Notes under the pieces: generated by a model
Databases searched by the model: none
The model's input: the letters and a program-made list of their open reading frames with translations, nothing else
What the model was told of the DNA's origin: nothing
Part shown: positions 8,917 through 18,289 of the stretch, piece after piece
Numbering within the stretch: position 1 is the first letter of the stretch
How the letters are laid out: each line of letters starts with the position of its first letter
IMG/VR virus record: IMGVR_UViG_2718218361_000002
Direction: 5' to 3' (one strand)
DNA length: 36,421 nucleotides
From: a virus
Lineage: Duplodnaviria > Heunggongvirae > Uroviricota > Caudoviricetes
Made by a program: the position numbers and the translations under genes

Positions 8917-10350
8917 ATGAAAAAGCAAAGCGAAATTAACGTAAAAAAATTAGCATCATGGAGATTTTCATTTAAAAACATTGGGTGTATCTCTACAGGA
9001 GAAATTAATGCAAAACCTTTAACGCTTTTATGCGGAAAAAATAATACTGGTAAAACATGGGTTATGTATGGGTTATATGGCTTCCTAAATATGCCATCAC
9101 CATCTTTAAAATTGCCTCAAGTTGCAAATTTTGCCAAAACTCTTCGTGAAAATGGTAAGTTTGAATTAGATGTAATTGAGTGGATAAAAGATAATTTTAC
9201 GTTAATCAAAAGAGAATTTAATAAAGATTCATCTTTAATGCTTAAAGATGTATTCAACACTAATGATAAGGAAATTTTTTCTAATTCAACATTTGACTGG
9301 GTTATAGATGAAGAATCATTAGTATCAAGTGTTTATGAAAAAAAATTGGATGTTAGCCTCGTCATAGGAACCGGCAAAAAAGAAGTAATGCTATTATCCA
9401 AAGATAAAAATAGCAATATCATACAAATGACGCTGCTAGATTCTGCTTTCCCCAGAATTGATGGGTTTATAAACTTAACTCTAAGTCAGTTATTAAAGAT
9501 AGAGTATGATGAAAGCCCAGCATTTTTAATTCCCGCAGAAAGAAATGGCTTGCACCTTTTTTTCAATGAATTAAGTTCCAGAAGAACTGCGTTATTGCAC
9601 CACGCCTCAAAAGAACAGTTCGATCTGAACTCACTATTAATGGATGTAATGAAGTCTAAGTATTCTGCTCCTATAGCAAATTACATAGACTGGCTTAATG
9701 AAATTAAGGTTAATAGGAAAAATAAAAATGGCCAATTTCATAAATTAGCAGAAGAAGTAAAAAAAATAATTTCAGGAAAATATTCAGTTGATCCTGAAGG
9801 GCAGATTTATTTTTCAACGTATAAGAAAGGTAAGACACCTGCAAGTAAAATTGAACTTCATTTATCGTCATCCACTGTTAAAAGTTTGTTTGGCCTGTGG
9901 TTTTATTTAGAGCACCAAGCAAAAACTGGTGATATTTTAATGATTGACGAACCCGAGTTAAATTTACACCCGTCAAATCAGCGAGTAATTGCAAGATTTT
10001 TAGCAAAGCTAGTTAACTCTGGTATTCGGGTTATTGTTAGTACTCACAGTGATTATTTTGTAAAAGAAATCAATAGCTTGATTATGTTGCATGGCGTTTC
10101 TGAAAATATGATTGAAAAACGAAACGCTATCATGCAGAAGCAAGGGATTAGCATCGACTCAATTTTAGACTCTAACCTAGTCGCTGCGTATCTATTTGAT
10201 AATGGCTCAGTCAATGAAATGCAGAAGTCAAATGAAGGGATTAATGCTGTAACTTTTGATGAAGTAATTAATGCCATTAATGACGATAATGATGAAATAT
10301 ATTACTCCTTGGTGGAGAATGCCTCTGATAGTGAGGATGTAGATGAGTAA
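8917..10350 (+). CDS. ABC-type (AAA_15/AAA_21-like) ATPase, OLD/AbiLi/AriA/PtuA-like, family unassigned
   Basis: 477 aa; Walker A CGKNNTGKT, signature-like LSSSTVKSLFGL, Walker B DILMIDEPE, H-loop STHSDYF; ~280-aa insertion between Walker A and B; acidic C-terminal tail; SD TAAGGA; AT-rich. Confidence 0.85.
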   Translation: MKKQSEINVKKLASWRFSFKNIGCISTGEINAKPLTLLCGKNNTGKTWVMYGLYGFLNMPSPSLKLPQVANFAKTLRENGKFELDVIEWIKDNFTLIKREFNKDSSLMLKDVFNTNDKEIFSNSTFDWVIDEESLVSSVYEKKLDVSLVIGTGKKEVMLLSKDKNSNIIQMTLLDSAFPRIDGFINLTLSQLLKIEYDESPAFLIPAERNGLHLFFNELSSRRTALLHHASKEQFDLNSLLMDVMKSKYSAPIANYIDWLNEIKVNRKNKNGQFHKLAEEVKKIISGKYSVDPEGQIYFSTYKKGKTPASKIELHLSSSTVKSLFGLWFYLEHQAKTGDILMIDEPELNLHPSNQRVIARFLAKLVNSGIRVIVSTHSDYFVKEINSLIMLHGVSENMIEKRNAIMQKQGISIDSILDSNLVAAYLFDNGSVNEMQKSNEGINAVTFDEVINAINDDNDEIYYSLVENASDSEDVDE

Positions 10351-10915
10351 TATTATCAATGTAATACAAAGTTGCATCGATCCTACATTTCAATTAATGC
10401 GAGAGCAGGAATGCTGGGTTGTATGCGAAGAGAACCCAGGTGCTACAAATAAAAAATTACTGGTAAACGGAAATGGTATCTATGGATTTTCGCTAGATTC
10501 TAATAGTATTTCTAAACCAGTCTGGAAATTTTTAAAATCTTCTGCTTTACCAGGAGTATGCTCTGTTTGTGATGGAATTTTTGTTACGTCGCACAAAGAC
10601 GTAGATTATTTTATCGTAATAGATCTCAAATCTTATAACTCAAATGGTGCGGCTAAACAGGTAGTTACTGGCATTCATTTTTGTAAGTGGCTATATTCTG
10701 TATTGAATTTACATGGGCATTTGTCAAGAAAAGTGGATTACATTGGTGTAATAAGTAAATTATCGAGGAGGCAGCAATCAGCTAAAAAAACAACTGTTCG
10801 CTCGCAATTGCCTCCTCCTGAAATTTGCTATAATTATCCTGTGTTTACATTGGAAAACTATAACAGATTATCACTGGCGCATATTTGTGACTTTATATAC
10901 AATATGAAAAAATAA
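10343..10915 (+). CDS. small partner protein (190 aa), possible TOPRIM-like or PD-(D/E)xK-like nuclease, family unassigned
   Basis: ATG overlaps the ATPase stop by 8 nt, with GAGGA SD; motifs VVCEEN, CSVCDG, HKDVDYFIVIDLK; AT-rich. Confidence 0.8.
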   Translation: MSNIINVIQSCIDPTFQLMREQECWVVCEENPGATNKKLLVNGNGIYGFSLDSNSISKPVWKFLKSSALPGVCSVCDGIFVTSHKDVDYFIVIDLKSYNSNGAAKQVVTGIHFCKWLYSVLNLHGHLSRKVDYIGVISKLSRRQQSAKKTTVRSQLPPPEICYNYPVFTLENYNRLSLAHICDFIYNMKK

Positions 10916-10924
10916 AATCCTGCA

Positions 10925-10958
10925 ATTATTAGCCCCGGCAAATGCTAGGGCTAATTAT
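10925..10958. terminator. imperfect hairpin between convergent genes (weak terminator candidate)
   Basis: ATTAGCCC...GGGCTAAT 8-bp stem with 12-nt loop between the partner-gene stop and the Q stop; no clean T-run. Confidence 0.3.
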
Positions 10959-10973
10959 CATCTAAATATTGGG

Positions 10974-12002
10974 TTAATTATCGTCTAAAGAGTAATTTTT
11001 GAATTGAATAACTTCGGCGCTGAGCCAGCCGTTTATCTCGCGGATCCTGTCCTGTAGCGGGATAAGCTCATTGCGGACAAAGACCTTTGCCACTTTCTCA
11101 ATATCACCCAGTGACCCGACGTTCTCCGGCTTGCCGCCCATCAACTGAAAGGGGATGCGGTGCGCGTCCAGCAGGTCAGCGGCGCTGGCTTTTTTGATAT
11201 TAAAAAAATCGTCCTTCGTCGCCACTTCACTGAGGGGGATAATTTTAATGCCGTCGGCTTTCCCCTGTGGGGCATAGAGAAACAGGTTTTTAAAGTTGTT
11301 GCGACCTTTCGACTTGACCATGTTTTCGCGAAGCATTTCGATATCGTTGCGATCCTGCACGGCATCAGTGACGTACATGATGTATCCGGCATGAGCGCCG
11401 TTTTCGTAATACTTGCGGCGGAACAGCGTGGCTGACTCATTCAGCCAGGCAGAGTTAAGGGCGCTGAGATATTCCGGCAGGCCGTACAGCTCCTGATTGA
11501 TATCCGGCTCCAGCAGGTGAAACACGGAGCCGGGCGCGAAGGCTGTCGGCTCGTTGAAGGACGGCACCCACCAGTAAACATCCTCCTCCACGCCACGGCG
11601 GGTATATTTTGCCGGCGAGGTTTCCAGCCTGATAACCTTACCGGTGGTGCTGTAACGCTTTTCCAGAAACGCATTACCGAACACCAGAAAATCCAGCACA
11701 AAACGGCTGAAATCCTGCTGGGAAAGCCACGGGTGCGGGATAAACGTTGAAGCCAGAATATTACGTTTGACGTAAATCGGTGAGCTGTGATGCACGGCAG
11801 CACGCAGGCTTTTCGCCAGACCGGTAAAGCTGACCGGTGGCTCATACCATCTGCCGTTACTGATGCACTCGACGTAATCCAGAATGTCACGCCGGTCGAG
11901 TACCGGCACCGGCTCACCAAAGGTGAATGCCTCCATTTTCGGGGCGCTGGCGGTCATTTTTTTTGCCGCAGGTTGCGGTGTTTTCCCTTTTTTCTTGCTC
12001 AT
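10974..12002 (-). CDS. Q: portal protein
   Basis: 342 aa; MSKKKGKTPQPAAK...; P2 gpQ-like. Confidence 0.95.
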   Translation of the reverse strand: MSKKKGKTPQPAAKKMTASAPKMEAFTFGEPVPVLDRRDILDYVECISNGRWYEPPVSFTGLAKSLRAAVHHSSPIYVKRNILASTFIPHPWLSQQDFSRFVLDFLVFGNAFLEKRYSTTGKVIRLETSPAKYTRRGVEEDVYWWVPSFNEPTAFAPGSVFHLLEPDINQELYGLPEYLSALNSAWLNESATLFRRKYYENGAHAGYIMYVTDAVQDRNDIEMLRENMVKSKGRNNFKNLFLYAPQGKADGIKIIPLSEVATKDDFFNIKKASAADLLDAHRIPFQLMGGKPENVGSLGDIEKVAKVFVRNELIPLQDRIREINGWLSAEVIQFKNYSLDDN

Positions 12003-13774
12003 CAGTAAAACTCCAGAATGGTGGATGTCAGCGGGGTGCTGATACCGGCGGTGAGTGGCTCATTTAACAGGGCGTGCATGGTCGCCCAGGCGAGGTCGGC
12101 GTGGCTGGCTTCCTCGCTGCGGCTGGCCTCATAGGTGGCACTGCGTCCGCTGCTGGTCATGGTCTTGCGGATAGCCATAAACGAGCTGGTGATGTCGGTG
12201 GCGCTGACGTCATATTCCAGACAGCCACGGCGGATAACGTCTTTTGCCTTGAGCACCATTGCGGTTTTCATTTCCGGCGTGTAGCGGATATCGCGCGCGG
12301 CGGGATAGAACGAGCGCACGAGCTGGAACACGCCGACACCGAGGCCGGTGGCATCAATTCCGATGTATTCGACGTTGTATTTTTCGGTGAGTTTGCGGAT
12401 GGATTCCGCCTGGGTGGCAAAGTCCATGCCTTTCCACTGGTGACGCTCAAGTATTCTGAATTTGCCACCGGCCACCACCGGCGGTGCCAGTACCACGCAT
12501 CCGGCGCTGTCGCCACGGTGTGACGGGTCGTAACCAATCCATACCGGACGTGAGCCGAACGGATTTGTGGCAAACGGCGCATAGTCTTCCCATTCTTCCA
12601 GCGTGTCGACCATGCAGCGTTGCAGCTCCTCGAACGGGAACACCGATGCCTTGTCGTCAACAAATTCACACATGAACAGGTTTTTAAAATCGTCGGCGCT
12701 GTTTTCGCGTTTAAGCTGCTCAATGTCGAACAATGTGCAGCCGCCTTTCAGGGCGTCCTCAATGGTGACAATCTGCCGCCACTGGCCGTCCGCACAGAGA
12801 AGCCCACCGGCAAGGGCGTTATGACTGACGTCGATTTCCACGCGTTCGGCGGCGCTGGCGCGTCCCCGGTTAAACAGTTCACCGGACCAGAACGGGTAGG
12901 CGTCGTGCGCCAGCGTGGACGGGGTGGAGAAATAGGTCGAGCGCAGGTGACTCTGTGAGGCCATACCTGATGCCACCTTACGGAGCACCTGAAAATTCGG
13001 GATCCAGAAAATCTCGTCGACGTACAGGTCGCCGTTATGGCTCTGCGCGGTGTTGGAGTTGGTGCCGAGAAAAATCAGTTTTGCGCCGTTATTGCCCAGG
13101 ACAATCGGGTCACCGGTCAGGTCAACGTCAACCAGACGGGCAAAGGCGATGATGTATTCACGGAACACATACGCCTGCGTTTTACTGGCCGACAGAAAAA
13201 TCTGGTTATGGCCGGTTTTCAGGGCGCGCAGCAGCGCCTCGCGGGAAAAATAAAACGTCGCGCCAATCTGGCGGGATTTCAGGATATCGCGGATGCGGTG
13301 CTCAAGCCCTGCGCGATACCAGTGCAACTGATATTCGAAAGACTGCTCAAAGAAAATCTGCTCCAGCTTTTCGATGGCCTCGTCACTGAAAAAATTCTTT
13401 TTCGGTTTGCGACGCCCGCTTTTGTTGCGGTTAGCGACGTTCGGATTAAGGTCTGCCTCGTTGCCGGTCTGACTGTAACGGTTGACCCGTGCCAGTCGTT
13501 CAATCTGGCGTCCGAGCAGGTCAATTTCCTTGAAGTCACCGCCGGTTTTCTGCGGTTTGATGATGAGCTGGGTCAGTCGCGCTTCCAGACTCATTTCGAC
13601 ACGGCTGATGGGGGCAACGCTGTCCCAGCCGTCGCGCTGTTTCCAGCTCTGCACCGTCGGGCGTTTCATCTGCAACATGGCGGCAATCTGCGGCACGGAA
13701 AACCCCTGCCAGTACAGCAGCGCCGCCTGACGACGCGGGTCGTGTAAAAGAGTGGTGTCTGTGGTGATGGTCAT
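12002..13774 (-). CDS. P: terminase large subunit (ATPase)
   Basis: ORF track 12002..13804; start placed at internal ATG (MTITTDTTLLHDP...); 590 aa; P2 gpP-like. Confidence 0.9.
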   Translation of the reverse strand: MTITTDTTLLHDPRRQAALLYWQGFSVPQIAAMLQMKRPTVQSWKQRDGWDSVAPISRVEMSLEARLTQLIIKPQKTGGDFKEIDLLGRQIERLARVNRYSQTGNEADLNPNVANRNKSGRRKPKKNFFSDEAIEKLEQIFFEQSFEYQLHWYRAGLEHRIRDILKSRQIGATFYFSREALLRALKTGHNQIFLSASKTQAYVFREYIIAFARLVDVDLTGDPIVLGNNGAKLIFLGTNSNTAQSHNGDLYVDEIFWIPNFQVLRKVASGMASQSHLRSTYFSTPSTLAHDAYPFWSGELFNRGRASAAERVEIDVSHNALAGGLLCADGQWRQIVTIEDALKGGCTLFDIEQLKRENSADDFKNLFMCEFVDDKASVFPFEELQRCMVDTLEEWEDYAPFATNPFGSRPVWIGYDPSHRGDSAGCVVLAPPVVAGGKFRILERHQWKGMDFATQAESIRKLTEKYNVEYIGIDATGLGVGVFQLVRSFYPAARDIRYTPEMKTAMVLKAKDVIRRGCLEYDVSATDITSSFMAIRKTMTSSGRSATYEASRSEEASHADLAWATMHALLNEPLTAGISTPLTSTILEFY

Positions 13775-13947
13775 GAATACCTCGCCGTGATGAATACACG
13801 GCAAGGCTACTGAGTCGCGCCCCGCGATTCGCTAAGGTGCTGTTGTGTCAGTGATAAGCCATCTGGGACTGATGGCGGAGGATGCGCATCGTCGGGAAAC
13901 TGATGCCGACATGTGACTCCTCTAATCACTATTCAGGACTCCTGACA

Positions 13948-14802
13948 ATGGCAAAAAAAGTCTCAAAATTCTTTCGTATCGGCGTTGAGGGTGACACCTG
14001 TGACGGGCGTGTCATCAGTGCGCAGGATATTCAGGAAATGGCCGAAACCTTTGACCCGCGAGTCTATGGTTGCCGTATTAACCTGGAACATCTGCGCGGC
14101 ATCCTGCCTGACGGAATTTTTAAACGTTATGGCGATGTGGCCGAACTGAAGGCCGAAAAGATTGACGATGATTCGGCGCTGAAAGGCAAATGGGCGTTGT
14201 TTGCAAAAATCACCCCGACCGATGACCTTATCGCGATGAACAAGGCCGCGCAGAAGGTCTACACCTCAATGGAAATTCAGCCGAACTTTGCCAACACCGG
14301 CAAATGTTATCTGGTGGGTCTGGCCGTCACCGATGACCCGGCAAGCCTCGGCACGGAATACCTGGAATTCTGCCGCACGGCAAAACACAACCCCCTGAAC
14401 CGCTTCAAATTAAGCCCTGAAAACCTGATTTCAGTGGCAACGCCTGTTGAGCTGGAATTTGAAGACCTGCCTGAAACCATGTTCACCGCCCTGACCGAAA
14501 AGGTGAAATCCATTTTTGGCCGCAAACAGGCCAGCGATGACGCCCGTCTGAATGACGTGCATGAAGCGGTGACCGCTGTTGCTGAACATGTGCAGGAAAA
14601 ACTGAGCGCCACTGAGCAGCGCCTCGCTGAGGTGGAAACCGCCTTTTCCGCACTTAAGCAGGAGGTGACTGACAGGGCGGATGAAACCAGCCAGGCATTC
14701 ACCCGCCTGAAAAATAGTCTCGACCACACCGAAAGTCTGACCCAGCAGCGCCGCAGCAAGGCCACCGGCGGTGGCGGTGATGCCCTGATGACGAACTGCT
14801 GA
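13948..14802 (+). CDS. O: capsid scaffolding protein
   Basis: ORF track 13882..14802; start at ATG 13948 (MAKKVSKFFRIGVEGD...); 284 aa. Confidence 0.9.
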   Translation: MAKKVSKFFRIGVEGDTCDGRVISAQDIQEMAETFDPRVYGCRINLEHLRGILPDGIFKRYGDVAELKAEKIDDDSALKGKWALFAKITPTDDLIAMNKAAQKVYTSMEIQPNFANTGKCYLVGLAVTDDPASLGTEYLEFCRTAKHNPLNRFKLSPENLISVATPVELEFEDLPETMFTALTEKVKSIFGRKQASDDARLNDVHEAVTAVAEHVQEKLSATEQRLAEVETAFSALKQEVTDRADETSQAFTRLKNSLDHTESLTQQRRSKATGGGGDALMTNC

Positions 14803-14860
14803 CCGGCGTCAGCCAGTCCGGGAAAACCTTCACGATTAACCCTTAATTTCAGGAAAAACT

Positions 14861-15934
14861 ATGCGCCAGGAAACCCGCTTTAAATTTAATGCCTACCTGT
14901 CCCGTGTTGCCGAACTGAACGGCATCGACGCCGGTGATGTGTCGAAAAAATTCACCGTTGAACCGTCGGTCACCCAGACCCTGATGAACACCATGCAGGA
15001 GTCCTCTGACTTTCTGACCCGCATCAACATTGTGCCGGTCAGCGAAATGAAAGGGGAAAAAATTGGCATCGGTGTCACCGGCTCCATCGCCAGCACCACC
15101 GACACCGCCGGTGGCACCGAGCGTCAGCCGAAGGACTTCTCGAAGCTGGCGTCTAACAAGTACGAATGCGACCAGATTAACTTCGATTTTTATATCCGCT
15201 ACAAAACGCTTGACCTGTGGGCGCGTTATCAGGATTTCCAGCTCCGTGTCCGTAACGCCATTATCAAACGCCAGTCCCTTGATTTCATCATGGCCGGTTT
15301 TAACGGCGTGAAGCGTGCTGAAACCTCTGACCGCAGCAGCAATCCGATGTTGCAGGATGTGGCGGTCGGCTGGCTGCAGAAATACCGCAATGAAGCCCCG
15401 GCGCGCGTGATGAGCAAGGTCACTGACGAGGAAGGCCGCACCACCTCTGAGGCTATCCGCGTGGGCAAGGGCGGTGATTATGCCAGCCTTGATGCACTGG
15501 TGATGGATGCGACCAACAACCTGATTGAACCGTGGTATCAGGAAGACCCTGACCTTGTGGTGATTGTGGGGCGTCAGCTACTGGCGGACAAGTATTTCCC
15601 CATCGTCAACAAGGAGCAGGACAACAGCGAAATGCTGGCCGCTGACGTCATCATCAGCCAGAAACGCATCGGTAACCTGCCGGCGGTACGCGTCCCGTAC
15701 TTCCCGGCGGATGCGATGCTCATCACGAAGCTGGAAAACCTGTCCATCTACTACATGGATGACAGCCATCGCCGCGTGATTGTGGAAAACCCGAAACTCG
15801 ACCGCGTGGAGAACTACGAGTCAATGAACATTGATTACGTGGTGGAAGACTACGCCGCCGGTTGTCTGGTGGAAAAAATTAAGGTCGGTGATTTCTCCAC
15901 ACCGGCTAAGGCGACCGCAGAGCCGGGAGCGTAA
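14861..15934 (+). CDS. N: major capsid protein
   Basis: 357 aa; MRQETRFKFNAYLSRVAELNG...; SD upstream. Confidence 0.95.
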   Translation: MRQETRFKFNAYLSRVAELNGIDAGDVSKKFTVEPSVTQTLMNTMQESSDFLTRINIVPVSEMKGEKIGIGVTGSIASTTDTAGGTERQPKDFSKLASNKYECDQINFDFYIRYKTLDLWARYQDFQLRVRNAIIKRQSLDFIMAGFNGVKRAETSDRSSNPMLQDVAVGWLQKYRNEAPARVMSKVTDEEGRTTSEAIRVGKGGDYASLDALVMDATNNLIEPWYQEDPDLVVIVGRQLLADKYFPIVNKEQDNSEMLAADVIISQKRIGNLPAVRVPYFPADAMLITKLENLSIYYMDDSHRRVIVENPKLDRVENYESMNIDYVVEDYAAGCLVEKIKVGDFSTPAKATAEPGA

Positions 15935-15937
15935 CCG

Positions 15938-16681
15938 ATGACGAGTCCCGCACAGCGCCACATGATGCGGGTCTCGGCAGCGATGACCGCGCAGCAGGAA
16001 GCCGCCCCGCTGCGACATGCAACTGTCTATGAGCAGATGCTGGTCAAGCTGGCCGCAGACCAGCGCACACTGAAAGCGATTTATTCAAAAGAGCTGAAGG
16101 CCGCAAAAAAACGCGAACTGCTGCCGTTCTGGTTGCCGTGGGTGAACGGCGTGCTGGAGCAGGGCAAAGGTGCACAGGATGACATTCTGATGACGGTCAT
16201 GCTGTGGCGTCTGGATACCGGCGATATTGCCGGTGCGCTGGAGATTGCCCGTTATGCCCTGAAGTACGGTCTGACCATGCCGGGTAAACACCGCCGCACC
16301 CCGCCGTACATGTTCACCGAGGAGGTGGCGCTCGCGGCCATGCGTGCTCACGCTGCCGGTGAGTCTGTGGATACCCGCCTGCTGACGGACACCCTTGAAC
16401 TGACCGCCACGGCTGACATGCCTGATGAAGTGCGCGCAAAGCTGCACAAAATCACCGGTCTGTTTCTGCGTGATGGTGGTGATGCCGCCGGTGCGCTGGC
16501 TCACCTGCAACGTGCGACACAGCTCGACTGTCAGGCAGGCGTCAAAAAAGAGATTGAACGACTGGAGCGGGAGCTGAAACCGAAGCCGGAGCCGCAGCCC
16601 AAAGCGGCCACCCGTACCCCGCGTAAGACCCGGAGCGTGACACCGGCAAAACGTGGACGCCCGAAAAAGAAAGCCAGTTAA
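15938..16681 (+). CDS. M: terminase small (endonuclease) subunit
   Basis: 247 aa; basic C-terminal tail; in synteny. Confidence 0.9.
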   Translation: MTSPAQRHMMRVSAAMTAQQEAAPLRHATVYEQMLVKLAADQRTLKAIYSKELKAAKKRELLPFWLPWVNGVLEQGKGAQDDILMTVMLWRLDTGDIAGALEIARYALKYGLTMPGKHRRTPPYMFTEEVALAAMRAHAAGESVDTRLLTDTLELTATADMPDEVRAKLHKITGLFLRDGGDAAGALAHLQRATQLDCQAGVKKEIERLERELKPKPEPQPKAATRTPRKTRSVTPAKRGRPKKKAS

Positions 16682-16780
16682 CAACCGAATGCGCCCCGCG
16701 CCAGGGCGGCACGCCGGTCAGTGAGGGTGAATCACCTGACACTGCACCGGCGTCCACCGCCCGACTTTTCAGAGGTAGTC

Positions 16781-17290
16781 ATGATGACGCTGATTATTCC
16801 GCGAAAGGAGGCTCCCGTGTCCGGTGAGGGTACGGTGGTCATCCCGCAACCGGCAGGCGACGAGCCGGTGATTAAAAACACGTTCTTTTTTCCCGATATC
16901 GACCCGAAGCGCGTCCGGGAACGTATGCGCCTTGAGCAGACCGTCGCCCCCGCCCGTCTGCGTGAGGCCATCAAGTCAGGCATGGCTGAAACGAATGCGG
17001 AGCTGTACGAGTACCGCGAACAGAAAATTGCCGCCGGTTTTACGCGTCTGGCTGACGTCCCGGCGGACGACATCGACGGTGAAAGCATCAAAGTTTTTTA
17101 CTACGAGCGCGCCGTGTGTGCGATGGCGACCGCATCGCTTTATGAGCGTTATCGCGGCGTGGATGCCAGTGCGAAAGGCGACAAGAAGGCCGACAGCATT
17201 GACAGCACCATTGATGAACTGTGGCGGGATATGCGCTGGGCGGTGGCGCGTATCCAGGACAAGCCGCGCTGCATCGTGAGTCAAATCTGA
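16781..17290 (+). CDS. L: head completion/stabilisation protein
   Basis: ORF track 16721..17290; start at ATG 16781 (MMTLIIPRKEAP...); 169 aa. Confidence 0.9.
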   Translation: MMTLIIPRKEAPVSGEGTVVIPQPAGDEPVIKNTFFFPDIDPKRVRERMRLEQTVAPARLREAIKSGMAETNAELYEYREQKIAAGFTRLADVPADDIDGESIKVFYYERAVCAMATASLYERYRGVDASAKGDKKADSIDSTIDELWRDMRWAVARIQDKPRCIVSQI

Positions 17291-17493
17291 TGAAGACCTT
17301 TGCGCTACAGGGCGACACGCTCGACGCCATTTGTGTCCGGTATTACGGGCGCACTGAGGGCGTGGTTGAAACCGTGCTCGCCGCAAATCCGGGACTGGCT
17401 GAACTGGGCGCGGTGCTGCCGCACGGCACCGCCGTCGAACTGCCCGACGTTCAGACCGCGCCCGTGGCTGAAACTGTCAATCTGTGGGAGTAA
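17290..17493 (+). CDS. X: tail protein X
   Basis: start ATG 17290 overlaps the L stop (MKTFALQGDTLDAICVRYYG...); 67 aa. Confidence 0.85.
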   Translation: MKTFALQGDTLDAICVRYYGRTEGVVETVLAANPGLAELGAVLPHGTAVELPDVQTAPVAETVNLWE

Positions 17494-17496
17494 CGC

Positions 17497-17778
17497 ATGA
17501 CAGCAGAAGAAAAAAGCGTCCTGTCGCTTTTCATGATTGGGGTGCTGATTGTTGTCGGCAAGGTGCTTGCCGGTGGTGAACCCATCACCCCGCGTCTGTT
17601 TATCGGGCGCATGTTGCTCGGTGGTTTTGTCTCGATGGTTGCCGGTGTTGTTCTGGTGCAGTTTCCTGACCTGTCACTGCCTGCGGTGTGCGGCATCGGC
17701 TCCATGCTGGGTATCGCCGGTTATCAGGTGATTGAGATTGCCATTCAGCGCCGCTTTAAGGGCAGGGGGAAACCGTAA
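17497..17778 (+). CDS. Y: holin
   Basis: 93 aa with hydrophobic transmembrane segments, immediately upstream of the endolysin. Confidence 0.85.
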   Translation: MTAEEKSVLSLFMIGVLIVVGKVLAGGEPITPRLFIGRMLLGGFVSMVAGVVLVQFPDLSLPAVCGIGSMLGIAGYQVIEIAIQRRFKGRGKP

Positions 17779-18275
17779 TGCCGGTAATTAACACGCATCA
17801 GAATATCGCGGCCTTTCTCGACATGCTGGCCGTGTCCGAAGGGACGGCGAATCATCCGCTGACGAAAAACCGGGGCTATGACGTGATAGTCACCGGACTG
17901 GACGGGAAGCCGGAAATTTTCACCGACTACAGTGACCACCCGTTCGCGCATGGCCGACCGGCGAAGGTGTTTAACCGTCGCGGTGAAAAATCCACGGCCT
18001 CCGGTCGCTATCAGCAGCTTTACCTGTTCTGGCCGCACTACCGCAAACAGCTTGCCCTGCCGGATTTCAGTCCGTTGTCACAGGACAGACTCGCCATTCA
18101 GTTGATCCGCGAACGCGGTGCGCTGGATGACATCCGGGCGGGACGCATTGAGCGCGCCATTTCACGCTGTCGCAATATCTGGGCGTCCCTGCCGGGTGCC
18201 GGTTACGGTCAGCGTGAGCATTCACTGGAAAAACTGGTCACCGTCTGGCGTACCGCTGGCGGCGTACCGGCTTAA
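17778..18275 (+). CDS. K: endolysin (lysozyme-like)
   Basis: 165 aa; P2 gpK-like. Confidence 0.9.
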   Translation: MPVINTHQNIAAFLDMLAVSEGTANHPLTKNRGYDVIVTGLDGKPEIFTDYSDHPFAHGRPAKVFNRRGEKSTASGRYQQLYLFWPHYRKQLALPDFSPLSQDRLAIQLIRERGALDDIRAGRIERAISRCRNIWASLPGAGYGQREHSLEKLVTVWRTAGGVPA

Positions 18276-18289
18276 ACGGAGTAAACACC

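Noticed and set aside
10343-10915. GIY-YIG nuclease motif in the 190-aa partner (GIYGF and DYIGV)
   Set aside because: The two tripeptides are ~88 residues apart rather than ~10-15, so this is a coincidence and not a GIY-YIG domain.
7753-10973. Retron (reverse transcriptase plus msr/msd) or CRISPR array in the accessory interval
   Set aside because: No ORF with reverse-transcriptase motifs in any frame, and no regularly spaced repeat array anywhere in the window; the GC-rich structured stretch is explained by cos.
12074-13747. Several long ORFs antisense to the terminase large subunit gene P (for example 13037..13747, 236 aa)
   Set aside because: They lie opposite a confidently identified gene, have Arg/Gly/Ala-rich low-complexity translations typical of antisense frames in GC-rich coding DNA, and no RBS.
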